Source: a virus (Duplodnaviria > Caudoviricetes). Taken from it: 60,658 nt of DNA. The notes beneath the pieces were generated by a model. That model worked only from the letters and a program-made list of their open reading frames with translations, had not been told where the DNA came from and did not search any database. Position numbers and translations under genes: made by a program. Position 1 is the stretch's first letter; each line of letters starts with the position of its first letter. Location: the IMG/VR virus record IMGVR_UViG_3300030103_001846, positions 1-60,658 of that record. One strand, 5' to 3'. Shown piece by piece: positions 47,533 through 55,577 of the stretch.

Positions 47533-47871
47533 AATATCCTCCTTTGTTATATATGGGATAACTTATGTCATCCCATATTGTTTTAATATTAATAACCTTT
47601 CGGCAGTCTATTGTTGCCAATCTTCCCATGTAGGTAATCTAAGGGTTATACCTAAATCACCACCCTCTTCTGGCATTCTTATCGTAAGGTAATTGTAACC
47701 GTTGGTCTTATTCACGTGGAAAACAAAATGCTCGTTGTTTTCATCATATCTACCTACTTCTTTACCTAAATCTATCTCAGGGAAATCACTAGCGTCGGCT
47801 CCTACAAAGTATTCGCCTCCGTGCTCAAGTTCTTTCCACTTACTTTTATTATCATCCATAATATCCTCCTT
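47517..47871. repeat. 28-bp exact direct repeat spanning RBS and first codons of two adjacent genes
   Basis: ttttattatcatccataatatcctcctt at 47517-47544 and 47844-47871. Confidence 0.9.
47608..47859 (-). CDS. Hypothetical protein
   Basis: AGGAGG RBS; starts MDDNK. Confidence 0.75.
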   Translation of the reverse strand: MDDNKSKWKELEHGGEYFVGADASDFPEIDLGKEVGRYDENNEHFVFHVNKTNGYNYLTIRMPEEGGDLGITLRLPTWEDWQQ

Positions 47872-47932
47872 GGATTAAAATCGTAAAAATTAATTTTTTT
47901 ACTTTATATATTATAAAAAACATTAAAAAAGA

Positions 47933-47946
47933 AAAAAGGCATTTAC
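47933..47946. promoter_or_regulatory. Degenerate operator copy
   Basis: aaaaaggcatttac, upstream of a minus-strand TATAAT. Confidence 0.5.
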
Positions 47947-48031
47947 CAGCTTACAATAGCTAAGTAAGAACTAATAATTAGGGCAACTATCCCTAATAGA
48001 AAAAACATTAATAAATTTTCTGGTTCTAACA

Positions 48032-48466
48032 TTAATACCAACACTCCATAACGCAACCTCTTTCACTTCCGCAACGTAATAATAATTCTAAATCTTGGAT
48101 TTCTTGGTAAGAATATTCATACGGGGAATTATGTCTAGTTTGGTAAATTATTGTATCTGGTTTTAAAGTACGTTCTTCTTCTCTAGCGTCAGATTCAACT
48201 GCATGAATTAAATCGGCTAATGCTTTAGCTTGTTTCTTTAATTGGTCAGCTTGGATATATTCACCTTCATCTGGATACCATACACAATCTTCTTCTAATA
48301 ATTCACTAATTAAAGGGTCGTACCATTTACCTCTAAACGATCCGTCAGCCCCGTGGTTGCTCATCATACCACCGCATAAATTAACATCTTTTATACGTGG
48401 GTCATCTTCATAAGTAAAAGCTTTCTCACGGTCATTACCGTGTACAATATAACAATCTAATCCCAT
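48032..48466 (-). CDS. Hypothetical protein
   Basis: MGLD start; GSFRGKWY. Confidence 0.75.
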   Translation of the reverse strand: MGLDCYIVHGNDREKAFTYEDDPRIKDVNLCGGMMSNHGADGSFRGKWYDPLISELLEEDCVWYPDEGEYIQADQLKKQAKALADLIHAVESDAREEERTLKPDTIIYQTRHNSPYEYSYQEIQDLELLLRCGSERGCVMECWY

Positions 48467-48855
48467 TAGTTCATCTCCTTTTCATCTGGTATTGGTATAA
48501 ACTGCATAAAAGGTTCTTCGACATGATCTTCAGGCATCCACTCGATAGTTTCTATAAATTTATCTATAGAATTATCATAAATAAAACTAACTGTTTCACC
48601 TTCTTCACCATAACCTACGACTATAGCTCGGTTTGCTAATGGTTGATGAAACTCTGATAATTTAAAATATCGCATATCGTTTTTAAGTAATGCTTCATCA
48701 TCAACTATTACCATCGTATCATCGGTTAAGGTAACAATATCAATAGGTCCATCAAGCTTCATAAAAAACTTTGCATCTTTTAAAGTGTTATTATCACTTA
48801 ATCCTACTCTAGTAACACTTTGCTCAAACGGGTCTATAAGTAATCCGTGTATCAT
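48466..48855 (-). CDS. Hypothetical protein (DUF3846-like)
   Basis: LLIDPF...IVDDEALL...AIVVGYGEEGET. Confidence 0.65.
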   Translation of the reverse strand: MIHGLLIDPFEQSVTRVGLSDNNTLKDAKFFMKLDGPIDIVTLTDDTMVIVDDEALLKNDMRYFKLSEFHQPLANRAIVVGYGEEGETVSFIYDNSIDKFIETIEWMPEDHVEEPFMQFIPIPDEKEMN

Positions 48856-49226
48856 TTTTCCTCCTTTAATAATCGGTCTTCTTCGACCTGATAATTAACA
48901 TCATCTGGATAATTATCGTGGTTAATTTTAGGCTTATCCTCTGGCTCCATAAACATCATGCCAACGTTAGCCCTCTTAAATATATCACCATCATGTATAA
49001 CGGTAATATTTTCTTCTTTATTTGCAGACTCTAAACAATCTGCACAAAAAACATGCCAAGCACAATCATCCCTACCTTCCATAGTTATCTTTATTAGCCA
49101 TGTATCTAAAGGTAATGAACGGTGTCTTTTAACTCCGCTCACTTGATTACTACCTTCTTTTTGACATCCTTCACAATAATCAGAACGTCTAACATCAGTA
49201 GTAAAAGTTAATCTTGGTTCATTCAT
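48852..49226 (-). CDS. Hypothetical Zn-binding protein
   Basis: CEGC...CADC; AGGAGG RBS. Confidence 0.7.
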   Translation of the reverse strand: MNEPRLTFTTDVRRSDYCEGCQKEGSNQVSGVKRHRSLPLDTWLIKITMEGRDDCAWHVFCADCLESANKEENITVIHDGDIFKRANVGMMFMEPEDKPKINHDNYPDDVNYQVEEDRLLKEEK

Positions 49227-49235
49227 AATATCCTC

Positions 49236-49469
49236 CTATTTTTCTACAGTTTTAAATAATGGTCCAGCAGCAACAAACTCGGTGTTTTCAATACCATATT
49301 TCAATACGGTATTAACAATCAAGTTTTGTTGGAATGCACAAGCCATATGCATCAACATAGCCTCTTCAGGTATATGTTTATCTATACGTGCATTAAGTTC
49401 TTCTTGGCTCTCGGGAGTCCAAAACATATTTGACTCACAAATAGTGAGTAGTTTCTTTTTCTTAGTCAT
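49236..49469 (-). CDS. Hypothetical protein
   Basis: AGGAGG RBS; 77 aa. Confidence 0.7.
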   Translation of the reverse strand: MTKKKKLLTICESNMFWTPESQEELNARIDKHIPEEAMLMHMACAFQQNLIVNTVLKYGIENTEFVAAGPLFKTVEK

Positions 49470-49527
49470 AATATCCTCCTAATAAGATTTTTTAACTATA
49501 TAAATAATAAAAAACAGCCTAACGAAA

Positions 49528-49541
49528 ATAAAGCCATTTAC
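49528..49541. promoter_or_regulatory. Operator copy
   Basis: ataaagccatttac. Confidence 0.6.
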
Positions 49542-49544
49542 CAG

Positions 49545-49856
49545 TTAATCTTTTTTAAACAATCCGTCTTCTAAAACACCCTTACGATTTTTAATTTCTC
49601 CATAAGCGGTATCTAAACATTCACGAATACTCAGATCATTTTGTTTTGCTAATACTATTAAACAAACTAAACAATCACCTATACCGTCAGCTAAAGACCA
49701 TTTATCTTTATAGGCAACTGCTTTTGCTGTTTCTCCGACTTCTTCTACAAGTTTTAACATTTGTTTTTCTGGTTGGACATCAGCAGTAAAAAGCCCTCGA
49801 ACTTTCGCCCAATCTTCTACTTCTCTAATTAAAAATTCTATTGGTTCATCTATCAT
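49545..49856 (-). CDS. MazG-like all-alpha NTP pyrophosphohydrolase
   Basis: WAKVRGL, QMLKLVEEVGE, DGIGDCLV and AYGEIKNRKG. Confidence 0.88.
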   Translation of the reverse strand: MIDEPIEFLIREVEDWAKVRGLFTADVQPEKQMLKLVEEVGETAKAVAYKDKWSLADGIGDCLVCLIVLAKQNDLSIRECLDTAYGEIKNRKGVLEDGLFKKD

Positions 49857-49885
49857 TTTTTCTCCTTTCTTATTAATAAACTAAA

Positions 49886-50110
49886 GTGTGGCGTTGTATT
49901 AGGATTGTTCCTTTAAGCCTCATCCTTGTATTAAGGCACCACAAGATCGTTTTTGAGCACAAGTGATCTAATCTTGTTAAACAGGAGAACGGAGTCCCCT
50001 TGCTCTGAGTATGAAAATTACGCATATGAATTTGATGCGGTCAAACGTAATTTTCTTTTACAATCTAAGCTAATACTCATAGCTTTACAGGAGGTGTGAC
50101 CGCTCAAAGA
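49886..50110 (-). ncRNA. Candidate structured non-coding RNA / leader upstream of the MazG-like gene
   Basis: Nested complementary segments (see findings); no long ORF. Confidence 0.45.
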
Positions 50111-50129
50111 TTACCTCGCTAACTTTTCT

Positions 50130-50330
50130 CTATCTCCCAATAGTTTTTAAATCATTTTTAGTTATATATTGATAGGCACCTTTATTATAAACAGGTGCAA
50201 TCTGTCGCCTACGCTGTAAGCTAATCTCATTAGCTAACGCTTCACCACACTCTAAACAAGTATGTTTTCCTAAAGCCCATCGACCTTTATCTACTGGCTC
50301 GGAACATAATTTACAATCGTATTTAGTCAT
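50130..50330 (-). CDS. C4 zinc-finger protein (DksA/TraR-like finger)
   Basis: CKLC...R.ALG..TCLEC...NKGAYQYIT. Confidence 0.75.
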   Translation of the reverse strand: MTKYDCKLCSEPVDKGRWALGKHTCLECGEALANEISLQRRRQIAPVYNKGAYQYITKNDLKTIGR

Positions 50331-50381
50331 AAAACCTCCTTTATTTATTACTAAATAAATATAAAAACCATTTAAAAGAAA

Positions 50382-50409
50382 GTAAAGCGATTTACGTAAA
50401 GCGATTTTT
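50382..50409. promoter_or_regulatory. Tandem operator copies (first is a perfect GTAAA-N4-TTTAC)
   Basis: gtaaagcgatttac followed by gtaaagcgattttt. Confidence 0.7.
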
Positions 50410-50784
50410 AGCGTTATGTCTAGCTCGTTTAAAAGGTCCTACCTTGCGTCCATCATGTATTTTTAAAACTGATTTAATCGCTCCAATCATATGCTGCCAA
50501 CGGTGTATATTAGAAACTTCATAATTTTCTGCTTCTTGTAATATCATTGGATCTACACTATATTCTTCATAAAATGTAACATACCTTGGTTGATCATCTT
50601 TATCATCATCATCAAGTTTTTCGTGTTGGTGTATTCCATAAAATGTGTTTTGAATAGTTTTACCTTCTTCTTGACATTTTTGACAAATAGTTTTAGAACG
50701 GGTTACGTGTTTATGATTGCTATTAACATAAAAATCTATTTCGGCATAACAAAGTTCGCAATAATATACCCCGTCTATTTCCAT
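50392..50784 (-). CDS. Hypothetical Zn-binding protein
   Basis: CELC...CQKC. Confidence 0.7.
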   Translation of the reverse strand: MEIDGVYYCELCYAEIDFYVNSNHKHVTRSKTICQKCQEEGKTIQNTFYGIHQHEKLDDDDKDDQPRYVTFYEEYSVDPMILQEAENYEVSNIHRWQHMIGAIKSVLKIHDGRKVGPFKRARHNAKNRFT

Positions 50785-50879
50785 TATGTTCTTTGTCTAA
50801 ATAAATATATAAGATTCCTTAACGCTTCCCTAGATAAATGTTCTAAGTGTTTAGGTATCTTAATTCCTCTTACTATCAT
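50784..50879 (-). CDS. Small protein (31 aa)
   Basis: MIVRGIKIPKHLEHLSREALRNLIYLFRQRT; ATGA and TAATG coupling with both neighbours. Confidence 0.55.
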   Translation of the reverse strand: MIVRGIKIPKHLEHLSREALRNLIYLFRQRT

Positions 50880-51211
50880 TCCCACCCCTCCATTGTAAAA
50901 GTTGGTAAGTTATTAAAATCTTCATAACTCATATCGATAGTAAACCTTTCTAAACTATGTGGCTCTTGACCAAAAACAAAAGTTGTTCTAACTTCTATAT
51001 CGTTATGCTCCATAGTCCACGTTACTGGAAATTTAACTTCTTCTGGGTCATAACCTTGGCTAATAACAGCTTTTTCTAGTTTATCTATTTCGATAGATCT
51101 ATTTTTCTCACCTTCGATAGCTCTATTATTTACTGCTCTAATCATATCAAGAGTAGCATATTTAAAGTCTTTTTTATATCTTTGGTAATCTATTTCAGGT
51201 ATTTCACTCAT
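50876..51211 (-). CDS. Hypothetical protein
   Basis: 111-aa ORF; GGAGG RBS. Confidence 0.7.
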   Translation of the reverse strand: MSEIPEIDYQRYKKDFKYATLDMIRAVNNRAIEGEKNRSIEIDKLEKAVISQGYDPEEVKFPVTWTMEHNDIEVRTTFVFGQEPHSLERFTIDMSYEDFNNLPTFTMEGWE

Positions 51212-51384
51212 GTAGAACCCTCCGAATCAAAATGAAGATGGTCTTGAATTTTTCTTCTTAATCCACTCCAGTCATCTAATGTTCTTAAAACATCATGTCC
51301 TAAATCAATATCTAATTCGTGGCACAAAGATCTTTCAAGATTTTGAACAGCTTTTTCTATTACATCCATATTAGGTTTAGTCAT
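51208..51384 (-). CDS. Hypothetical protein
   Basis: Start revised to MTKPNM (GGAGG RBS). Confidence 0.6.
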   Translation of the reverse strand: MTKPNMDVIEKAVQNLERSLCHELDIDLGHDVLRTLDDWSGLRRKIQDHLHFDSEGST

Positions 51385-51793
51385 CTTTAATACCTCCATA
51401 AGCTTTAGCTGTATCAATAACCATTGCAGTAATAGCTTCTTGCATAGGTGTATTTTTATCTACTAATAATTTTTTATCACGTAAATAAACACCTTTAGCA
51501 TCGATATATACAGTAGGTTCTAAAGCAGTAGACTCATCTATTTTTCTATACTTTTTACCATCTATATATAAAGTTTGCACTCGATTTATCTGTTCTAATA
51601 ACTTTAATATTAAATCTAGATTTTCTTTATGTGCAGGTAAAATATAAGAACCTACCATATCTAATCGCACAGTAGCTCCTCTATTTTCTATTTCGAAATC
51701 TGATAACTTAGTAGGTCTGTAATCCTCATCAGGACCATCTTCTTCTTGGTTATCAAAGTTAGACGGATCGTAATCGTCCGGGAATGTCACCAT
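51377..51793 (-). CDS. Hypothetical protein
   Basis: AAAGGAG RBS; 138 aa. Confidence 0.75.
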   Translation of the reverse strand: MVTFPDDYDPSNFDNQEEDGPDEDYRPTKLSDFEIENRGATVRLDMVGSYILPAHKENLDLILKLLEQINRVQTLYIDGKKYRKIDESTALEPTVYIDAKGVYLRDKKLLVDKNTPMQEAITAMVIDTAKAYGGIKDD

Positions 51794-51851
51794 AATAATT
51801 CTCCTTTCTAATAATTAACATACTTATAATATAAATAACAATTTAAACAAA

Positions 51852-51865
51852 GTAAAGCGATTTAA
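51852..51865. promoter_or_regulatory. Operator copy / promoter -35 region
   Basis: gtaaagcgatttaa; TTTACT-N17-TATATT on the minus strand. Confidence 0.65.
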
Positions 51866-52353
51866 GACTTAATTAATTTTAAATGATTACGTCTTTGTTC
51901 TCTATCTCTAGTTTCAATATATTTATTATAAATTTTATTTGGTTGTATTCTTATGTCTTCTATAACATGTAAAGAACATATTTCATAAAGTTTTGTTTCA
52001 AACCATTGTTTAGTATTTAAATAATCTACGTCTGTAATTAATCCGTGTCTTTTAAATAATTCTTCTGGTTTTACAGGATCTTCCCAAGAATCTAACTTAG
52101 TTAAAATATGTTGTCTAATCAACCATGAGTGTATTCCTAAATCATCTAGCTCTGGAATATTAAACCAATGACTACATATTATAATTTGTTGGGTAATTGG
52201 ATCAAGATCACTAGGTTGTAAACCTTCTTCCTGTTCTTCATATTCAACATAAGAAAATAATTTCTCCCAATCTTTTATGTGGGTTAAATCGTAGCTTACT
52301 AATAATCTATTATCTTTCAATATACCTTTGGGTGAATGAAACATTATATCCAT
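51862..52353 (-). CDS. Hypothetical protein
   Basis: 163-aa ORF. Confidence 0.7.
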   Translation of the reverse strand: MDIMFHSPKGILKDNRLLVSYDLTHIKDWEKLFSYVEYEEQEEGLQPSDLDPITQQIIICSHWFNIPELDDLGIHSWLIRQHILTKLDSWEDPVKPEELFKRHGLITDVDYLNTKQWFETKLYEICSLHVIEDIRIQPNKIYNKYIETRDREQRRNHLKLIKS

Positions 52354-52383
52354 GATACTTCACTCACCCAAAAGATTAAATTG

Positions 52384-52728
52384 TTAACTAACAATTTCTA
52401 AGATACCTTCATCAAGAAATCTTTTCTTATAAAATCTAAAGATTCTTAATGGGTCTTGGTTAGTAGTTAAAATACCTTCTTTATAAGCAAAGGTCATTAA
52501 CTCCGTAACTTCTGCTTGTTTACCTTTAAATGTATCAAGTGCTTCTAATATAGAATGCATTTGAGCAGGTAACTTCGCAGTAGCGTCTGGAAGTTGTTTT
52601 ACTTTAACTACAGAAGACGCAATATTAGATCGTGTCTTCTTTACAGGGGCAGGTATTGATATTTTACCTTTCGCCTTTGGGGTTTTTGCAACGACTTTTA
52701 GCGTTGACTTTTTTTCAGTTTTTGGCAT
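52384..52728 (-). CDS. Putative winged-helix protein, paralog 3, with Lys-rich N-terminal tail
   Basis: PAQMHSILEAL...LTTNQDPLRIFRFYKKRFLDEGILEIV. Confidence 0.75.
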   Translation of the reverse strand: MPKTEKKSTLKVVAKTPKAKGKISIPAPVKKTRSNIASSVVKVKQLPDATAKLPAQMHSILEALDTFKGKQAEVTELMTFAYKEGILTTNQDPLRIFRFYKKRFLDEGILEIVS

Positions 52729-52787
52729 ATTATTCTCCTTTCTTATTTAACAAAAACATTATTATACTGCTTTACATTTTTTACAAA

Positions 52788-52801
52788 GTAAAGCCATTTA
52801 T
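52788..52801. promoter_or_regulatory. Operator copy
   Basis: gtaaagccatttat; minus-strand TATAAT nearby. Confidence 0.65.
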
Positions 52802-52810
52802 GAGTGTGGA

Positions 52811-53119
52811 TTATTCTACCCGCCAAACTCTAACACCGTTAATAGTTGCATTATCTACACCTTTTTCTAAAACTTGGTGAACTGCAAATTTTAATGAAGA
52901 CCCACCCTCGGTAGTCTTTTTATATCTATTAACTGCATTACGTAAACGATGTCTTAATCTAGTTAAAACTTTATTAAGATCATCTTCTTCTGCTGTAGCA
53001 ACCACAGGTATCATAAAAGATTGTCCTTTTTGCATGTCGCTAAAAGGATAGTTGTAAGAACTTACTCTTGCTCTACTAGGTATAGGCACACCACTTTCTA
53101 TTTTAATTTCTTCCGTCAT
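52811..53119 (-). CDS. Small putative DNA-binding phage protein
   Basis: IKIESGVPIP...YPFSDMQKGQSF...GVRVWRVE. Confidence 0.75.
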   Translation of the reverse strand: MTEEIKIESGVPIPSRARVSSYNYPFSDMQKGQSFMIPVVATAEEDDLNKVLTRLRHRLRNAVNRYKKTTEGGSSLKFAVHQVLEKGVDNATINGVRVWRVE

Positions 53120-53127
53120 TTTATCTC

Positions 53128-53373
53128 CTAATGTTTAATAATTTTCTTTACTACACCTTCTGATTCTAAATAAGGTAACCAAAAAGCTAGTATATGAGTA
53201 GGGGTAACTTCTTCTACAGAAGTATCTATATCTTGACCAGCATTGATCATAAGTATAGCTAACTCAGTATATAAGTCTTTTAAACCTTGTTCATACAAAG
53301 CCACCCATAGAGCGGTAGCAAAACTACCGCTCATGCTAAAGGTATCGCTACCGCTACTAGGCAACATTCGCAT
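53128..53373 (-). CDS. Hypothetical protein (start uncertain)
   Basis: 81-aa ORF filling the gap. Confidence 0.6.
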   Translation of the reverse strand: MRMLPSSGSDTFSMSGSFATALWVALYEQGLKDLYTELAILMINAGQDIDTSVEEVTPTHILAFWLPYLESEGVVKKIIKH

Positions 53374-54388
53374 ACTCTAATGCTAAATTTAATGCTTTAG
53401 ACTTTCTATTAGCCCCCGCACCAAACCATGCACTATGTAAAGTATTACCTGCTTCATGCTCATACTTCATGTGGTCTTCCACAAAAGTTACAGCATTTAA
53501 AGCTCCCCACCAAGTTCCTGCAGCAGACTTCATGTTTGCTCCGGGCTGTGTATCTACAGCTTCTATAACAGAAGTCGCTGTTTTATTTAGCTGTTCAATA
53601 ATTAAAGGTTCTTCACCTACAGCTTTACCAGCAGCTTTGGCAGTTCTAAAGGCTAGTAATTCATCATATACAGTTGGTTGATACACTCTGGTAACAAACT
53701 CTTGTAATAATGATTTATTAGCTTTTTTCTTAGCCAAGAACTCAGCTTGTTCTTTAAAACCTTTTAAAGTAGCAACAGTTAAACCTAATGCTTCTTCAGC
53801 TTCTTGCATAACATCAAGATTAAAGTCTCTAACGTGTGGCATTCTAAAAGCATTACCACCGCCTTCTAAGGCAAGAGTTAAAGTATTATTACAAACCACT
53901 CTGATAGGTGTGCATCGTATTGATAACGACTTACCTACTTTATGAGGTTGGTTAATTAATAAATAACCTTTTATCTCATCCCCTCCGGGAAGTTCAAAAT
54001 CATATTTGACTTTTGCTAAGCCCCATATTTCTGAACCATTTTTTAAAGAACCTGCGGTTTCCATTGTCATATTACCTGCTTTAGTAAACCTTTCGAAAAA
54101 CTCGAAGATTTTTTCATTCTGCACTGGTATATAACTAGTTCCACAGTGTGATAATATTTCATTATCAGTATCTCTGACAACGAAATAAGTGCTAGGGGTT
54201 TGGATAACTTCAACATCATCTGACCAGTCAGGTTCTGATAAAGTGTATCCCGGACGTTTTGAGACCGTCCAGTCTAATCCTGCAGCCTTCATCATATCAT
54301 GAGGCGACAAGTTTGCATCGACAGCTACTCCAAGTCCGTGCCAAGGCACTTCTCCGGCATAAGCCATCGTTTCTACTTCATGTGACAT
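53357..54388 (-). CDS. DUF932-family phage/plasmid protein
   Basis: MSHEVETMAYAGEVPWHGLG, ETAGSL, TPIRVVCNNTL and GTWWGALNAVT. Confidence 0.88.
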   Translation of the reverse strand: MSHEVETMAYAGEVPWHGLGVAVDANLSPHDMMKAAGLDWTVSKRPGYTLSEPDWSDDVEVIQTPSTYFVVRDTDNEILSHCGTSYIPVQNEKIFEFFERFTKAGNMTMETAGSLKNGSEIWGLAKVKYDFELPGGDEIKGYLLINQPHKVGKSLSIRCTPIRVVCNNTLTLALEGGGNAFRMPHVRDFNLDVMQEAEEALGLTVATLKGFKEQAEFLAKKKANKSLLQEFVTRVYQPTVYDELLAFRTAKAAGKAVGEEPLIIEQLNKTATSVIEAVDTQPGANMKSAAGTWWGALNAVTFVEDHMKYEHEAGNTLHSAWFGAGANRKSKALNLALEYANVA

Positions 54389-54469
54389 AATATTCTCCTT
54401 TCTTTATGTCGTTTACGTCAGTTAAGCCCTTAACTAACTACGGATACTTTAAAAAACAATTATATGACA

Positions 54470-54483
54470 GTAAAGCGATTAAC
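54470..54483. promoter_or_regulatory. Operator copy
   Basis: gtaaagcgattaac. Confidence 0.6.
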
Positions 54484-54508
54484 GAGTTAAATTTAAATCT
54501 TTTAAATT

Positions 54509-54697
54509 AAAAGTGTCGGTGGTAGATTAGCCCATCATAATACATTAATAATGTCCTATGTTTCATTACATCTATGAAAACAATTACAAAGACAGGAAAA
54601 TTAAACTAATAAAACCTCTCTTAAACCGCCAAGCGTCACACACATCTACCTCGATTACGCCATCCGACACAAACACAGCTTTGGAGTGGCGGGCTAA
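54509..54697 (-). ncRNA. Candidate stand-alone structured small RNA (~185 nt)
   Basis: Own predicted promoter, long-range pairings and T-rich 3' end; no long ORF. Confidence 0.5.
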
Positions 54698-54740
54698 AGT
54701 ATATTAAAAATAATTTTTTTATCAAAGTAAAGCGATAAAC
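54698..54740 (-). promoter_or_regulatory. Promoter TTGATA-N16-TATACT with adjacent operator
   Basis: Operator copy gtaaagcgataaac at 54727-54740. Confidence 0.6.
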
Positions 54741-54743
54741 GAT

Positions 54744-55136
54744 TTAACTTAATATATTTTTTAATAATAAATTCCAATCTTCTTCTTTGTATATAGGTTC
54801 TATTTCTAGTATACATTGGATTGATGATAGCCCTTGTTCTTGTAAACCTTTAAATTGGAAACCATGGTATAAACGTATCCATTTATTTTTATTATGTTGG
54901 ATTAATGCAAAAACTTTACCTCCTGATGTAATACGTTTTTGAGCCCAGTTACATTGGAAGTTAGAAAATTTTATTTTATTACCTCTAGCTATCTTTAATT
55001 CTAACCAAAATTCTTTTGATTGGATACAACCATTTACATCGGGTGTTCCTTGCGTCATTGGTGACTCTATCCTTTGCCAATGTACTTGTGGAATATTCTT
55101 CCTAAGTGATTGATATAAGGTTGTTTCTTTAGGCAT
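54744..55136 (-). CDS. VRR-NUC / PD-(D/E)XK nuclease (putative resolvase)
   Basis: RIES...GTPDVNG...FWLELK...Q..W. Confidence 0.85.
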   Translation of the reverse strand: MPKETTLYQSLRKNIPQVHWQRIESPMTQGTPDVNGCIQSKEFWLELKIARGNKIKFSNFQCNWAQKRITSGGKVFALIQHNKNKWIRLYHGFQFKGLQEQGLSSIQCILEIEPIYKEEDWNLLLKNILS

Positions 55137-55431
55137 AAGTAGAAAACTTTTTATTATTGGCTGATACTTTTACTTTCTTTTCTGCAGTTAGCCAAGTTTT
55201 AAAATCTTCATAACTTAATGTTTGTTTTTTAAGTCTTGCTTCTTTTCTACCTTTATAATAATCACCATCACCAATTTGCATATATCTTAATATTTGGTGT
55301 ATTCTTTGTTTGCTTAGGTCAAACTCATAAGCTATGTCTTCATAAGTTTTACCCATGGCTCTCATATTCCATATAATTGGATATTGCTCTCTTTCTAGGT
55401 CATCTTTTATATCTTGGTTAATACCTTGCAT
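55129..55431 (-). CDS. Sigma70 region-4-like HTH protein
   Basis: GKTYEDIAYEFDLSKQRIHQIL; start revised to MQGINQD (AAGGAG RBS). Confidence 0.75.
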   Translation of the reverse strand: MQGINQDIKDDLEREQYPIIWNMRAMGKTYEDIAYEFDLSKQRIHQILRYMQIGDGDYYKGRKEARLKKQTLSYEDFKTWLTAEKKVKVSANNKKFSTYA

Positions 55432-55577
55432 TTTTTCTCCTTTGGTAAATATACTATTACTTCTGATTTGCATTTTGGGCAACTTAAATTAGTTTCCATG
55501 ATGTATTCATTGTTTTCATCTTCTATATCGTGGTCTCCACCCCATATTAATTGTGTACCGCAATGCCAACAATTCAT
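55407..55577 (-). CDS. Small zinc-ribbon protein (56 aa)
   Basis: Hand-translated MNCWHCGTQLIWGGDHD...NLSCPKC; ATGA overlap with the polA stop. Confidence 0.75.
   Translation of the reverse strand: MNCWHCGTQLIWGGDHDIEDENNEYIMETNLSCPKCKSEVIVYLPKEKKCKVLTKI

Noticed and set aside
49860-54740. tRNA or tmRNA genes in structured intergenic regions
   Set aside because: No cloverleaf with T-loop GTTCRA and acceptor stem recognised; tRNAscan-SE or ARAGORN would settle it
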